From positions 137,206,001 to 137,270,000 of the forward strand of contig NC_086102.1 in NCBI RefSeq assembly GCF_963921235.1: a DNA stretch of 64,000 nucleotides, written 5' to 3'. This document shows, one piece after another, positions 23,925-37,228 of the stretch. How positions within the stretch are numbered: position 1 is the first letter of the stretch; every line of letters starts with the position of its first letter. Made by a program: the position numbers and the translations under genes. This stretch comes from Mobula hypostoma. Taxonomy: Eukaryota. The notes below the pieces were generated by a model. The model did no database searches. It saw only the letters and a list, made by a program, of their open reading frames with translations, and was not told the DNA's origin.

Positions 23925-24452
23925 GCTCAACACGCAAAAAGTGCTGGTGGAACTCCGCAGATCAGGCAGCACTTATGGAGGGGAATAAACAGTCGAAGTT
24001 TCAGACTGAGACCCTTCATCAGGAACTAAAAAGGAAGGAGGAAGAAGCCAGAATAAGAAGGTGGGAGGAGGGGAAGTAGAGTTGGCAGGCCAAAGGCAAG
24101 ACCAGGTGAGAGGGAAGCTGGTGAACGGCAGAGGGGAGTTGAAGTGAGAAACTGGGAAAAGGTAAGGGTCAAAGAAGAAAGAATCGGATAAGAGAAGACA
24201 GTGGCCCATGGGAGAAAGGGAGGGAAGAGGGGTACCAGGGGAGGTGATGGGCAGGTAAGGAGAAGAGAAGGGGTGAGAAGGGAATTGGAAAAGAGTAGCG
24301 GGGGGGAGGGGAGAAATTATTGGAAGTTAGAGAAATAGGTGTTCATGCCGTCAAGAAGGAGGCTACCCAGATGGAATAGGAGGTGTTGCTCCTCCAACCT
24401 GACATTGGCTTCATCATAGCAGTAGAGGAGGCCATGGACCAACATGTCGGAG
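23925..24452 (-). mobile_element. Penelope 3' fragment
   Basis: SDMLVHGLLYCYDEANVRLEEQHLLFHLGSL; mutated hammerhead at about 23990-24026. Confidence 0.88.
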
Positions 24453-25577
24453 ACCTTCAGCTTCCTGGCCTCAAGGTCACAGCAGTCTGCTGCTGCTAAT
24501 CTCTGCCGCAACTTCTGACAGTCACTGCATTCAGGTCATCAGCCAAGCTACACTAAAGGAGAGAAGCCATCATGTACTTTTCCTTCAATTCCTCAGGAGC
24601 AGGCAGAATAGATGTGCATGTTTCCCCAAAGCGCAAACATACATGGAGCACAAATGATATCCTGGCTAGAGTACCGGAGTATCTTTGGGCTTCCTTTCAT
24701 AAAGAACCTACCTCCTTTTGGCATTGTTCTTCATCATCCTGCCCACATAGAACATTGGGAGCTCGCTCCCAGACCACACTCCTCTCTCCTCATCACTGAC
24801 ATATCCATTCATTCAATTTTAATGCTCCTCTGTAGCTGGAAAGGTTAACTATAGTGCAACTTGTCCTAAGAATTGGCTGCGGATATCATACCTGCTGGGT
24901 TAAGTGTTGGCAGCTCTAGCTTCTCGAAATGATCCAATAGAAACCATTGTGCTGAGGGATATAATTTCAGTTTCAGTGTAACATTCTGCCAGGAGATGCA
25001 TCAAATGCCTTTCAGTAAAACTCTCAATTGAAGCTCCACTCTCTATGTCACTTACATAAAGAAGGACAGGGTGAAATACAATGCTACTTAATACGTTTAA
25101 ATGCAATTTCTAGCACTCTGAGTTGCAAATTACAACATTTCAGTGTAATTGGATCCAGAAAAACGTTCTACAAGGAAATTAGTCAAAAAATATGAAATAA
25201 TGTATAATGATCATTGATGATGGTTGAAGTTAATCTGAGTTACACATTTTTAGGGAGCGACACAGAGACTTCTAACAGCTTTACCTCTGGCTGTTACCTC
25301 ACCACTGAATAGAAGGTAAATTCCATGTTAAGAATTAGTATGATGTTGCCCTGTTGGATAGTGAAATGAAGTTGGTTTAGATTGAGCTGGACGGATTATG
25401 TCTAGGGGCTGAACTGACCTCCCTATGGTTTTGGGAACCAATGCCCATTCCAGAATGTGTCACCAACACCAAGTCATTGCTGGTTCTTTTCCACTGCTAT
25501 TTTGGAGACAGATAAACTACTGTGTTAGCCTGCATTGCAAGAGCAGTTGGGTTTCGTGAAATAACTTGTATAAAGTC

Positions 25578-26265
25578 CATAAGAGTATAAGATATAGGAG
25601 TAGAAAAAGGCCATTCGGCCCATCGAGTCTGCTCCGCCATTCAATCGTGGGCTGATCCAATTCTTCCAGTCATCCCCACTCCCCTGCCTTCTTCCCATAC
25701 TCTTTGATGCCATGGCTAATCAAGAACATATCTACCTCTGCTTTAAATGCACCCAATGACTTGGGTCTCCACAGCTGCTTGTGGCAACAAATTCCATAGA
25801 TTTACCTCCCTCTGACTAAAGTAACTTCTCCATATCTCTGTTCTAAATGGATGTCCTTCAATCCTGAAGTCATGCCCTCTTGTCCTAGACTCCCCTACCA
25901 TGCGAGATAACTTTGCCATATCTAATCTGTTCAGACCTTTTAACATTCAGAATGTTTCTATGAGATCCCCTCTCCCTCTCCTGAACTCCAGGGAATACAG
26001 CCCAAGAGCTGCCAGGCTTTCCTCATATGGTAACCCTTTCATTCCTGGAGTCATTCTCATGAATCTTCTCTGAACCCTTTCCAATGTCAGTATATTCTTT
26101 CTAAAATAAGGAGCTCAAAACTGCACACAATACTCCAAGTGTGATCTCACGTGTACCTTATAGAGCCTCAACATCACAACCCTACTCTTCTCTTCTATAC
26201 CTCTAGAAATGAATGCCAACATTGCATTCACCTTCTGCACCACCGACTCAACTTGGAGGTTAAGT
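25578..26265 (-). mobile_element. CR1 3' fragment
   Basis: KVNAMLAFISRGIE, HLEYCVQF, RTRGHDFRIEG. Confidence 0.92.
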
Positions 26266-26545
26266 TGAATAGAAGTTGAGGGACTAGGAAAAGGATGCAT
26301 CAAGGTACCACATTGATAGTATTCTTTCTTTTGAAAGCATGGGCCCTGCTTTGGAGAAATGAGGTAAAATGGGTTGAAAAGAGAATTATCAAGGTACAAG
26401 AGGTTCTGCAGATGCTTGACAAACATGCACAAATTGTTGGAGGAACTCAGCAAGTCAGGCAGCATCTATGGAGGGCGATAATGCTGCCTGGCTTGCTGAG
26501 TCCCTCCAAAATTATTGAGGTCTCCTTTCTTTCACCCTTTATGAA

Positions 26546-27963
26546 CTCCATTCAAAGATAGACTAAAGCCAGCATGGTTTCCTGGAAGGAAAATCCTGCC
26601 TGACAAACCTTCTGCAATTTTTTGAGGAAATTACAAGCAGGGTAGACAAAGGAGATGTAGTAGACGTGGTGTACTTGGATTTTCAGAAGGTCTTTGACCA
26701 TGTGCCGCACATGAGGCTGCTTAGCAAGATAAGAGCCCATGGAATTACAAGGGAGTTACTAGCAACAGTGGAACATTGGCTGATCAGCAGAAAACAGAGA
26801 GTGGGACTAAAGGGATCCTATTTTTGCTGGCTGCCAGTTACCAGTGGAGTTCCACAGGGGCTGGTGTTGGGACTGCTGCTTTTTACGATGTATATCAATG
26901 ATTAGGACTATGGGATTAATGGATTTGTGGCTAAATTTGCCAATGATACAAAGATAGGTGGAGGAGTGGGTAGTGTTGAGGAAACAGAGAGACTTGGATA
27001 GTTTAGGGGAATGGGCAAAGAAGTAGCAAATGAAATACAGTGTTGAAAAGTGTATGGTCATGCACTTTGGTGGAAGAAATAAACAGGCAGAATATTATTT
27101 AGGTGGGGAGCGAATTCAAAATGCAGAGATGCAAGGGTACTTGGGAGTCCTTGTGCAGGATACCCTAAAGTTGAGTCAGTGGTGCAGAATGTGAATGCAA
27201 TGTTGGCATTCATTTCGAGAGGTATAGATTATAAGAGCAGGGATGTGATTTTGAGGCTCTATAATGCATTCATGAGATCACATTTGGAGTATTGTGTGCA
27301 GTTTTGGGCTCCTTATTTTAGAAAGAATATACTGACATTGGAGAGAGTTCAGAGAAGATTCACGAGAACGACTCCAGGAATGAAAGGGTTACTATATCAG
27401 GAACGTCTGGCAGCTCTTGGGCTGAATTCCCTGGAGTTCAGAAGAATGAGGGAGGGTCTCATAGAAACATTCTGAATGTTAAAAGGCCCGAACAGATTAG
27501 ATATGGCAAAGTTATTTCCCATGGTAGAGGATTCTAGGACAAGAGGACACGACTTCAGGATTGAAGGACATCCATTTAGAACAGAGAAGCAGAGAAATTA
27601 CTTTAGTCAGAGGGTGGTAGATCTGTGGAATTTGTGGCCACAAGCAGCTGTGGAGGTCAAGTCATTGGGTGTATTTAAGGCAGAGAAACATAGGTCCTTT
27701 TTTTAATATAATTTTTATTGAGTTTTCAAACTTGATTACATGAAATACTAATATCTACCCTCCCCCCTCCCCTTAACCCTTCCCTCCGATATATACCCCA
27801 GAAAGATAGGTTTTTGATTAGCCAGGGCATCAAAGGGTATGGGGAGAAGGCAGGGGAATGGGGATGACTGGAAGAATTGGATCTGCCCATGATTGAATGG
27901 CAGAGCAGACTCAATGGGCCGAATGGCTTACTTCTGTTCCTATATCTTATAGTCTTATGGTCT
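26546..27963 (+). mobile_element. CR1 RT and 3' end, same subfamily as 25578-26265 in opposite orientation
   Basis: VYLDFQKVFDHVPH, GVPQGLVLG, ERVQRRFTR; TCTTATGG-type tail. Confidence 0.93.
27696..27799 (-). mobile_element. short poly(A)-tailed retroposed fragment inside CR1, 12-bp TSD
   Basis: Minus strand ends AATAAAAATTATATTAAAAAAA. Flanks AGAAACATAGGT (27684-27695) and AGAAAGATAGGT (27800-27811). Confidence 0.7.
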
Positions 27964-28004
27964 TAAATCCTGAGTCAAATCGCTCTCAGCAATCACCATG
28001 TATA

Positions 28005-28690
28005 ATAGAACGCAGAACAGCACAGCACAGGGAAAGGCCATTCAGTTGACAATGTCTCTGCCATGCACAATAATACAAAGGCCCCAACCTTTGATTGTTT
28101 ACTCTTTTTCACCTATGATTCCTGACCTACTGAGTTACTCCAGCATTTAGTCTGTGCTTCTTTGGATTTCCAGCATCTGCAAATTTTCTTGTGCTGTGAC
28201 AAATTAAACTCAATCCCTTCTGCCTGCTCATGGTTCATATCCCTCTCCCCTGTATATCCTCGTGCCTTTCTAAGCCTTTAAAATGCTGCTATTGTATCTT
28301 CTTCCACCGCTACTTCTGGCAGCCTGTTCTAAGCACCTACCACTCAGTGTATAAAATAAATCCTTATCCTGCACATCTCCCTTAAACTACTCCGCTCTTA
28401 CCTTAAACACATGCCCTCTTGTATATGACATATCTACTCTGGAAAAAAAATCTGGCTGTCTATCTATGCCTCTTTTAATTTTATAAATTTCTACTAGGAT
28501 TCCCTTCAGCCACTGACACTCCAGTGAAAATCACCAAAGTCTGGTCAACACTTTCTTTTAGGTTAAACCCTGTCTCCAGGCAGCATCCGAGTAAACCTCT
28601 TCTATACCTAACCTCCACATTCTTCGTGTAATAGGACAACCAGAACTGCACACAATACCCCAAATATGGCCCAAGCAATATTCTGTCTAA
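28005..28690 (-). mobile_element. degenerate CR1 3' fragment containing a small Penelope piece
   Basis: GPYLGYCVQFW; CR1 3' UTR motifs. Confidence 0.75.
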
Positions 28691-29010
28691 ACATATCAAA
28701 GAAGTCCCTATGTCATCTTCAGGGGTGTGGAATAAACAGAGGAGCTGAGGAATGAGCTGTGTCACTAAAGTGATGGCAACAGTCAGAGCAGAGATCAGAA
28801 ACTCAGCCCCAGGTCCAATATGACACTAAGTTTGTGAAAATCCTGCTTCAGACGCAGACAGCTCCCTGAAGCCATGACCATATGTAAATGTTAGAGGTGA
28901 AAAGCATTTAAGGAAAATAGTTGCATCAAGGTTTTGCTAGCCTCCTGTTTTGGTGTGGCTGGCACTTTGTGCGGTTACTCTGAAAATGCTGCAAGTATAT
29001 AAATAATGCA

Positions 29011-29031
29011 GCAACTTTGATGTATGTTGCT
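29011..29031 (+). mobile_element. 21-bp Penelope 3'-terminus insertion with a 15-bp TSD
   Basis: GCAACTTTGATGTATGTTGCT (compare 9372-9392) between TATATAAATAATGCA at 28996-29010 and 29032-29046. Confidence 0.85.
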
Positions 29032-29724
29032 TATATAAATAATGCATTTGTATTAGGATCAGATTTGGCAAAATTAGAATGCACCTCCTGATCCAGTCAT
29101 AACAAAATCTATGTCATTTAATCTTCCATTTCCTCAGCTAACCATCAGCCAGTTAACTCCCACTGAATTTGGCAACTGATTTTTATCACTGTTAATGTAA
29201 ATGCAGAAGGTTCATAACTCAGTCCTGAATGCAATTCTGCTTTCAGCCTAGTTTAGGTAAACTCATCAATCAAATCAAAGGAGGGGAAATTACTACACAA
29301 GCTATGAATTGTAAATAGTTTTAGATATATTAATCAGGGTAAAGTATTTTGAAAACTTTTGAGAGATGGTTTATATTATTTTCCATTCATTCTGTGAACT
29401 ATAAGACCGATGCAAATCCACTAAAGAAATAAAAGTCTAATGCAAAATAGTTGAATTTATTATGAAATATCTAGTACAAGACATTTTTTTCACTTTTGTC
29501 TGGATTCCTTGATGCCATGCTTGGTGAAATGTTGAGCAACACAAAGGAAATAGGAGAGGAACTCAGCAGGTCAGGCTGCACCTATGGAGGGAAATGAACA
29601 GCTGACATTTTGGACTGAGTCCCTCCAGCACCTGAGGAATCTCATGTGTCTGTTGTTGAAATGTTGCCTTGTTGGCAAAGGCAGTCACTCCCACCTTGCC
29701 TCTAAAATTCAGATGTTGAATGTA

Positions 29725-31495
29725 TACATAGAACATAGAACTGTACTGCACAAGGGCAGGCTGTTTGGCCCACAATGTTGTGCCGAACCAGCCATAAAGC
29801 AAATCAAAAATACCCAAATACCAATCCCTCCTACCGACACCATGTCCTTATCCCTCCATCTACCCCACGTCCATGTTCCTATCCAAATGTCTCTTAAAAG
29901 CCTCTAATGTATTTGTCTCTACCACCACACCAGGCAATGCATTTTAGGCATCCACAACTCTGAGTAAAAAACTTATTCCTCACATTCCCCTTGAACCAGC
30001 CTCCTTTCACCTTCAATGCATGCCCTCTGCTATTAGACACTTCAACCCTGGGAAACAGATGCTCCCTGTCCACTCAACCTATGCCTCCCAAAGTCTTGTA
30101 AATGTCTATCAGATCTCCCCTCAGCCTCCAGCGCTCCAGAGAAAACAACCCAAGCTTATCCAGCCTCTCGTGATAGCACATGCCCTCTAAATCAGGCAGC
30201 ATCCTGGTAAACCTATTCTGCACCCTCTCCAAAGCCTCAACATCCTTCCTATTGAGGGGCGACCAGAACTGTACGTAATACTCCAGATGTGGCCTAATCA
30301 GAGCTCTATAAAGTTGCAACATAACCTGACTTTTGAACTCAATGCTTTGACTAATAAAAGCAAGAATTTCATAAACTTTTTTAACCACCTTATTGACCTG
30401 TGTAGCTACTTTCAATGAGCTATGAACTTGGATCCCACGACCTCTCTGCGCAGCAACACTGTTAAGGATCTTGCCCTTAAGTGTAGTGCCTCCTTGCATT
30501 TGTTCTACCGAGGTGCAACATCTCGTATATATCTTGGTTAAACTCTATCTGCCATTTCTCAGCCTATGTCTGCAACTGCTCTATGTCATGCTGTATTCAT
30601 GCTACAGTCTTCTCCACTATCCACAACTCTTGGTATCATCCACAAATTTACATTTTATCCAGGTTATTTATATATATTACAAACAGCTGAGGTCCCAGCA
30701 CAGATCCCTGTAGAACTCCACTAATTACAGACCTCCAGCTCGAGTAAGTCCCTTCATCCTCCTCCCTCTTGTCTTCTGTGCGTAAGCCAGTTCTGAATCC
30801 AAATCACCAATTCTCCACAGACCCCATGCATCTTAATCTTCCGAATTAACCCCCCAGGAGGGTTTCTGTCAAACGCCCCACTGAAATCCATGTAGACAAT
30901 ATCCACTGCCCTACCCTCATCAATTTCTCTCGTCACTTTGTCAAAAAACTCAATCAAGTTGGTAAGACACAACTTGTCACACACAGGGCCATGCTAGCTC
31001 TCCCTAATTAGGCTATGGGTTTCCAAATGCTCATATATCCTATCACTAAGACTGTTCTCCAGCAATTTCCCTGCAATGACCTGAGACTCACCGGTCTATG
31101 GTTCCCAGGATTTTCCCTTGTTCCTTTCTTAAATAGAGGTACAACATTAGCTACTCATCACTCCTCCAGGATCTCACCTGTGGTCAGAGCGGGCATGAAG
31201 ATACTGGTGAAGGGCTCAGCAATCTTGTTTCTTGCCTCCTTCAATAACTTGCAATAAATCCTATCAGGCCCTGGGGACTTATCCACCTTAACATTTATTA
31301 GGAGGCCCAACATTTCCTCCTTCTTGACTTCTGAACACCATACTTGTCCTCCATATCCTTTTCCTTGGTAAATACTGAAGCAAAGTACTCATTAAGTACC
31401 TCACTCTCATTCTGTGCATCCAAGCAAATTTTCCCCCATTTATCCTCGAGTGGTCCCACTCTCTCCCTATTTATCCTCATACTCTTGATGTATAC
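29725..31495 (-). mobile_element. CR1 LINE fragment (RT and 3' end)
   Basis: CLTNLIEFFD, VYMDFSGAFD, RPHLEYYVQFWSP, LERVQNRFTRMLP. Confidence 0.93.
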
Positions 31496-32614
31496 TTGGA
31501 TCAGGACTGTGATGAGGTCCAGGGCAGCCTGATCCAGGGGTGAGACCTTCCATCACTTTGCTACTGATTGAGATTAGACTTATGGCCTAGTAACTATCTG
31601 GATCATATTTGGTTTGCCATTTGTGCAAAGGTATATACCTGGTTGATTTTCCACAGTTCCAACATGATGCAGTAAAGTGGGCATGCTGAAGCTCTTAGCT
31701 GAGGCTTCAACCTTCCCAGGAGTATTTTACTGTAATGTTGTTGAGGTGCAAAACCATTACTGTATCTAGCGCTCCCAGATGTCCCTTCATACCACATGAA
31801 TAAATCCATTTGGTTGCACACTGATGTCTTTGACTGTGGGGAACTCAGGAGGAAGCCAAGTGGATTATTCACCTTTGACTTGCACTCAACCTAGTAGCCA
31901 CAAACACCGTGGGTGACCAGGTTGTGGGTGAAGCCTTTTTCTTCCATCAGTTGTTTAATTGTCCTCTCCCATTACCATTCATGACTGGATGTGCCATGGT
32001 CTAAATGTGAGTTCAATAACTTCTAATCTGAATAAGCTCCTACCACTGTTGAGCATGACTGTGGAACTGTTTCAGCAGGCTGGCACCTCCTTTTATGGGT
32101 CCAGTGTGCTTCTCCTGGGATGTCCTTTCATCACTGCTGTCCTTGCTCATTTACACCATCCACTGCCACGTGATATCTGGATAAGAGGAAGTGCTGGAAT
32201 CAGATACTAAAAAAAACACAGAGAAAACTTACAAAGATATTGACAGAACTTGAGAACCTGAGTTATAGAAAGGTTGAATAATTTAAGATTTTATTCCCAA
32301 GAGTTTAGGAGATGGTCCCAGAACCATGCTGCCAAGGGTGACATCCTCATGGCAGGTCATGGAGCAATTCCTTTCACTTCAATTATGTCTTCTTTTTATT
32401 TTAGATTGGTTCTGCTACTGTTAGAGCACGTTGTTTCCATTCTGGCGGTGTGTTTTTGGCTCAATCGGGTGATCTGGTGCTTTGCTGTCTCCGAGAGGTT
32501 ACCATGAGGCTGCAACCAAAGTTTGCGACGTGGAGGCCGGGAAGGCAGGAGGCAGAGCGCAAGCCTCTGATCAATTCCACCTCTTGCCAACCTCGCCAAT
32601 TAAAGTACTGAGGA

Positions 32615-33285
32615 AGATTGTTCATCTTCTGTATATAGGTGAGACCCGACGTAGATTGGGAGACCGCTTCGCTGAGCATCTGTGCTCCAACCTCCAGAAC
32701 AAGCGGGATCTTCCAGTGGCCACCCATTTTAATTCCATTTCCCATTCCCATTCCAATAGGTCCATCCATGGCCTCCTCCACTGCCATGAGGAAGCCACAC
32801 TTAGATCGGAGGAACAACATCTTATATTCCGTCTGGGCTGCCTCCAACCTGATGGCATGAGCATCGATTTCTCAAACTTCCCGTAATGCCTCCCACCCCC
32901 CCACTCCCTTCACCATTTCCCATCCCCTTTTCCCTCCCCCACATTATCTCTTTGCCCATCCATCGCCTCCCTCTGGTGCTCCTTCCTCCCTGCCCCACCT
33001 TTTTCTTTCTTCCATGGCCTTCTGTCTCTTTCACCAATCAACTTCCCAGCTCTTTACTTCATCCCTCCCCCTTCAGATTTCACCTATCACCTAGTGTTTC
33101 TCTCTCGCCCCCCCCCCCACATTTTACATTTACTCCTCAGCACTTTTTCTCCAGTCCTGCCGAAGGGTTTCAGCCCAAAACATCAATTTTACCTTTCTCT
33201 ATAGATGCTGCCTGGCCTGATAAGTTCCCCCAGCATTTCGTGTGTGTTGCTTGGATTCCTAGCTACTTCAGATTTTCTCTTGTTT
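32615..33285 (+). mobile_element. Penelope GIY-YIG 3' fragment plus terminal repeat
   Basis: LLYIGETRRRLGDRFAEHL...EQHLIFRLGCLQPDGM. Confidence 0.92.
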
Positions 33286-33624
33286 GAGGAAGATTGAAAT
33301 GATCGAGACAAGTGCGGAAGGCGAGTGAGAGTTCAACACTATCTATCAGCCTCTCACTTGCTGCTGGTGAAGGAGGGTGTCTGAAATATACCTTTTGATT
33401 GTTGTATTTTATATCCTGTGTTTTCACTTGCTTTTTTGTTGCCGTTTGCATGATTTTTATTTTTTTTGCGCTTAGAGGAAGGGGGTGGTTTGATGGTTTT
33501 TTCCCTTTGAATGGGTTCCATGGTTTTTCTTTGTTTTGTGGCTGTCTGTGGGGGGAAATGAATCTCGGGATTGTATACTGCAGGCATACTTTGATAATAA
33601 ATGTACTTTGAATCCTTTGAATGA

Positions 33625-34165
33625 GGGGAGAGTTGATAGAAGTATACAAAATTACAGTATGAGGGGTATAGATATGGTAAATGCAAGTAGTCTTTTTCCA
33701 CTGAAGTTTTGTGAGACTAGAAATAGAGGTCATGGGTTGAAGGTGAAAGGTGAAATGCTTAAAGGGAACATGAGTGGGATCTTCTTCAATTGAAGGATGG
33801 TGAGAGTGTGGAATGAGTAGCCAGTGGAAGTGGTGGATGCAGGTTTGGTTTCAACATCTAAGTGAAATTTGGATAGGTACATGGTTGGGATGGGCATGGA
33901 GGACTATGTTCCAGATGGAATTCAACAGACTAGGCAGGTTAATAGTTTGGCATGGACTAGATGGGCCGAAGTGCCTGTTTCTGTGCAGTAGTGTTCTATG
34001 ACCCTACTAGTTTAAGGGCCACTTAGACAGACCCTTAAATTGGCAAGGCATAGAAGGATATAGTCCAAATGAAGACAAATGGGATTAGTGTTGATAGGCA
34101 AAAAGATTCATATGGAAGTGATGGGCCAAGAGGCCTATTTTTATTCTGTCCAGCTTTATGGCTTT
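33625..34165 (+). mobile_element. CR1 3' ends (two adjacent remnants)
   Basis: MRGIDMVNASSLFP, RGHGLKVKG, CR1 3' UTR. Confidence 0.75.
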
Positions 34166-34964
34166 ATACACAAGATTCCACTTTTGAAAATTCCTTTGCT
34201 TTTTTCAACCCACCAGTGGTAGTTGCACTTTCAGTCAGAGGACTTTGTGCTCAGAATATATCTCTGTAAAAGTCACTTTTTAGTCATCCACCCATCCCTG
34301 CAAGTGCGACAACACCTGTCTCTTTCTGATTATGCTTTTGCAATGTGACGTGGAATATTGACCAGTCTTGGCAGTGCTATATAAATGAAAGTTGGTTCTA
34401 CTAATGAGAGATCAGAAAATAATGAGTCATAACTGTAAAGAGCAGCAAAATAAGTCAGATGGACAAATTCAGATATGTTCCATAAATCAAGTGATTCAAA
34501 GTATTTTGTTTGGGAAGTCATATTTCCTGGGTCTAGAATCAAAGTTAATCTAAAAAAATCTAAAATTAGCTAATAATTATAGAGTGATGTCAACTATCCA
34601 TGTCTTTATTGTTTGTACAGAACAAGAAAACACTGCAGTAAGTGTTGTGTAATATACAGTTAGAAATTTCCCTGCTTTTTTAGTTCATTTTGGCCAGTTA
34701 TTTAACTTGAAAAACAAATAAAGAGCTTGTATATTCCCAAAGTTTTTCTTACGTACAGTGCCAGAAAAGGCTTTTACTGGATTTGGCATAAATCAGATTG
34801 AGGTTCTTTGTAAAGTGGATTGACGGAGGAATTAGATAGCTGAGTAGCCCAAAGAAATCTCAGACATTGTTTGTTCCCCAGATTAAAAAGATGGATTGTA
34901 TCATCATTGAATAATTCTATAGAACTTCAGAGTCAGTGTACAACTAGCAAAGTCTGGTACTGGA

Positions 34965-35515
34965 GATCAGAACCAGAATCAGGTTTAATATCATTGACAT
35001 ATGTCGTAAAATTTGTTGTTTTGCAGCAACAATGCAGTGCAAGCCACAAGGAATCTATACATTATATAAAAATATATATAAAGTATCAAATTAAATAAGT
35101 GGTGCAAAAAGAGAGCAAAAATCATGAGGTAGTGTTCATGGGTTCATGAACCATTCAGAAATCTGATGATAGAGGGGAAGAGGCTGTTCCTAAAACACTG
35201 AGTGTGTGTCTTCAGACTCCTGTGCCTCCTCTCTGATGGTAATAAAGAGAAGGGAGCAAGCCCTGGGTGTTGGGGCCCTTAATGATGGATGCCACCATTT
35301 GTGGCATTGACTTTTGAAGATGTCCTTGATGATGGGGAAGCTGGTGCCCACGATGGAGCTGGCAGAGTGCAACCCTCTTCAGCTTTTTCTAACCCTGTGC
35401 GGTGACCTCTCCATACCAGACGGTGATGCCACCAGCTAGAACGCTCTCCACATTACATCTGTAGAAATCTGCTAGAGTCTTTGGTGGCATACCAGAACTC
35501 CCCAGACTCCTAAAG
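34965..35515 (-). mobile_element. Rex1/Babar-type LINE 3' end; similar tails at about 41070-41340 (+), 56525-56770 (-), 58750-58955 (-)
   Basis: Shared 3' UTR ...AACAAATTTCA.GACATATG.CAATGATA.TAAACCTGATTCTG with a (GATTCT)-like tail. Confidence 0.75.
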
Positions 35516-37208
35516 AAATGGAAGATGTTACTGGAGATGGTGACTGAGTTTCACTGAGTGTGTGTGGATACTTGATAATAAAGTTGAAACTAGAAGAAAC
35601 ATTTATCTTGGTTTTACCTTCCAACCTGACATTCCAGAATTTTGATTACTTCAGGGGAGAAAGGCAATATAGCCCTCAAATTGGGTGCTATGGTAGCATA
35701 GTAGATAATGCAATGCTAGTGGCATCAATCTTCGGAGATCAGTCCCTGTGTCCTCCTTAAGGAGTCTCTGTATATCCTCTCTGTGGAATATGTCAGTGTT
35801 CTCTGGGTGCTCCGGTTTCCTCCCACAGTCTAAAGGTGCACTGGGTAGGAACTGAGCAGATCAGGCAGTTTCGATGGTGCGGAGTAGACAATTATTGTTT
35901 CAGACTGAGACCCTTCACCAAGACTACTGTGATTCAGTATTTGACTCTATCCCACAGTGACCTATCCTTTGCTTCCACTCCTGCCCAACAAGAAGGCAGA
36001 AGGGAAGAGGTGATTCTAATTCTTGACAGACCACAGTCAATCGTTCATTGTAAATTGTTCTGTGATTAGGTTAGGGTTAAATTGGGGTTGTGGTCCTGAA
36101 GGTCGGCATGTCCTGAAGTGCAAGAAGGCCCAATTCCATGCTGTATCCCTAAGTAAATAAATAATCGCAAGCAAAGGCACTTGAGAGAACTAAAACTGGG
36201 AATAGGATTACATTTGAAGCTGTGTAAAGCTGGTCAGCACAGTGGTGCAGATAGTAGAGCTGCTGCCTGCATCTCCAAGTGACCCAGGTTCAACTCAAAG
36301 CACAACTGTTGTCTGTGAAGTTTGAATGTTTTTCCTGTGACCGCTGGGAGGAGTGTGAGGACATGCCTGTACTGTATGTCTGAAGCCACTGTTTGCTGAG
36401 GATTAGAATCACCTGCTCCCTGCTGCCTTCTTGTTGGTCAGAACTGGTGGAAAAGTTGAACTAGACAGGGCACTGCAGGACAGAGTCAAAGACAGAATCA
36501 TAGTTCTCCCGCTGAAGGGTCCCAGCCATTGATGCTGCCTGACCTGCTGAGTTCCTCCAGCATTTTGTGTGTGTTGCTCTGGATTTCCAGTATCTGCAGA
36601 ATCACTTGTGCTGCAGAATCACAGTTAAGCAGGGAGCACAACAGCTTCCAACTTCAATAAGCCCTTCGCCTCCTTCAGTCAGAAGGAAACACACTCAAAT
36701 GCATCTTATGTTAGCTATATGGTGACTTGTAGAATAAGGAACTAACCAATAGGTTCACCACAGAGTCAGTAAAACTCAGTATGTGTAAGAGAGAGATGGT
36801 TGCCTTGAAATACATCCTGAATTGCTCACTATATTACACATCATTTCAATGGATAACCATCAACCCATTCTGTCTCTGCCTAACTTAATAGGTATATCAA
36901 TGCAACCTGCAGATAACCCATGTAAGAAAACTGCCTTGCACAAAATTAATTCCAGACTAAATGCTTGGTTATCTTTTTCTCTTTTGATTTTCTCACTTTT
37001 GTAATTGATACTTTATAGCATGGTAGACATGAGTGATGGGATGAATTCTCAGGCAAGTATCTGTGTGAGAAGTTGTGCATTGAGACTGCAAATGCATGAG
37101 ACAATGTAGAATGTATGATGACTCTGTTTGCACAGTTATGTGAGTGAGTGTAAAAATTGTGTACCGTGTGTGAGTTCCATGTTGATCCACACGTTCTAAT
37201 TGGACATA

Positions 37209-37228
37209 CCACACACACACACACACAC
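37209..37228. repeat. (CA)n microsatellite
   Basis: About 10 CA units. Confidence 0.9.
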
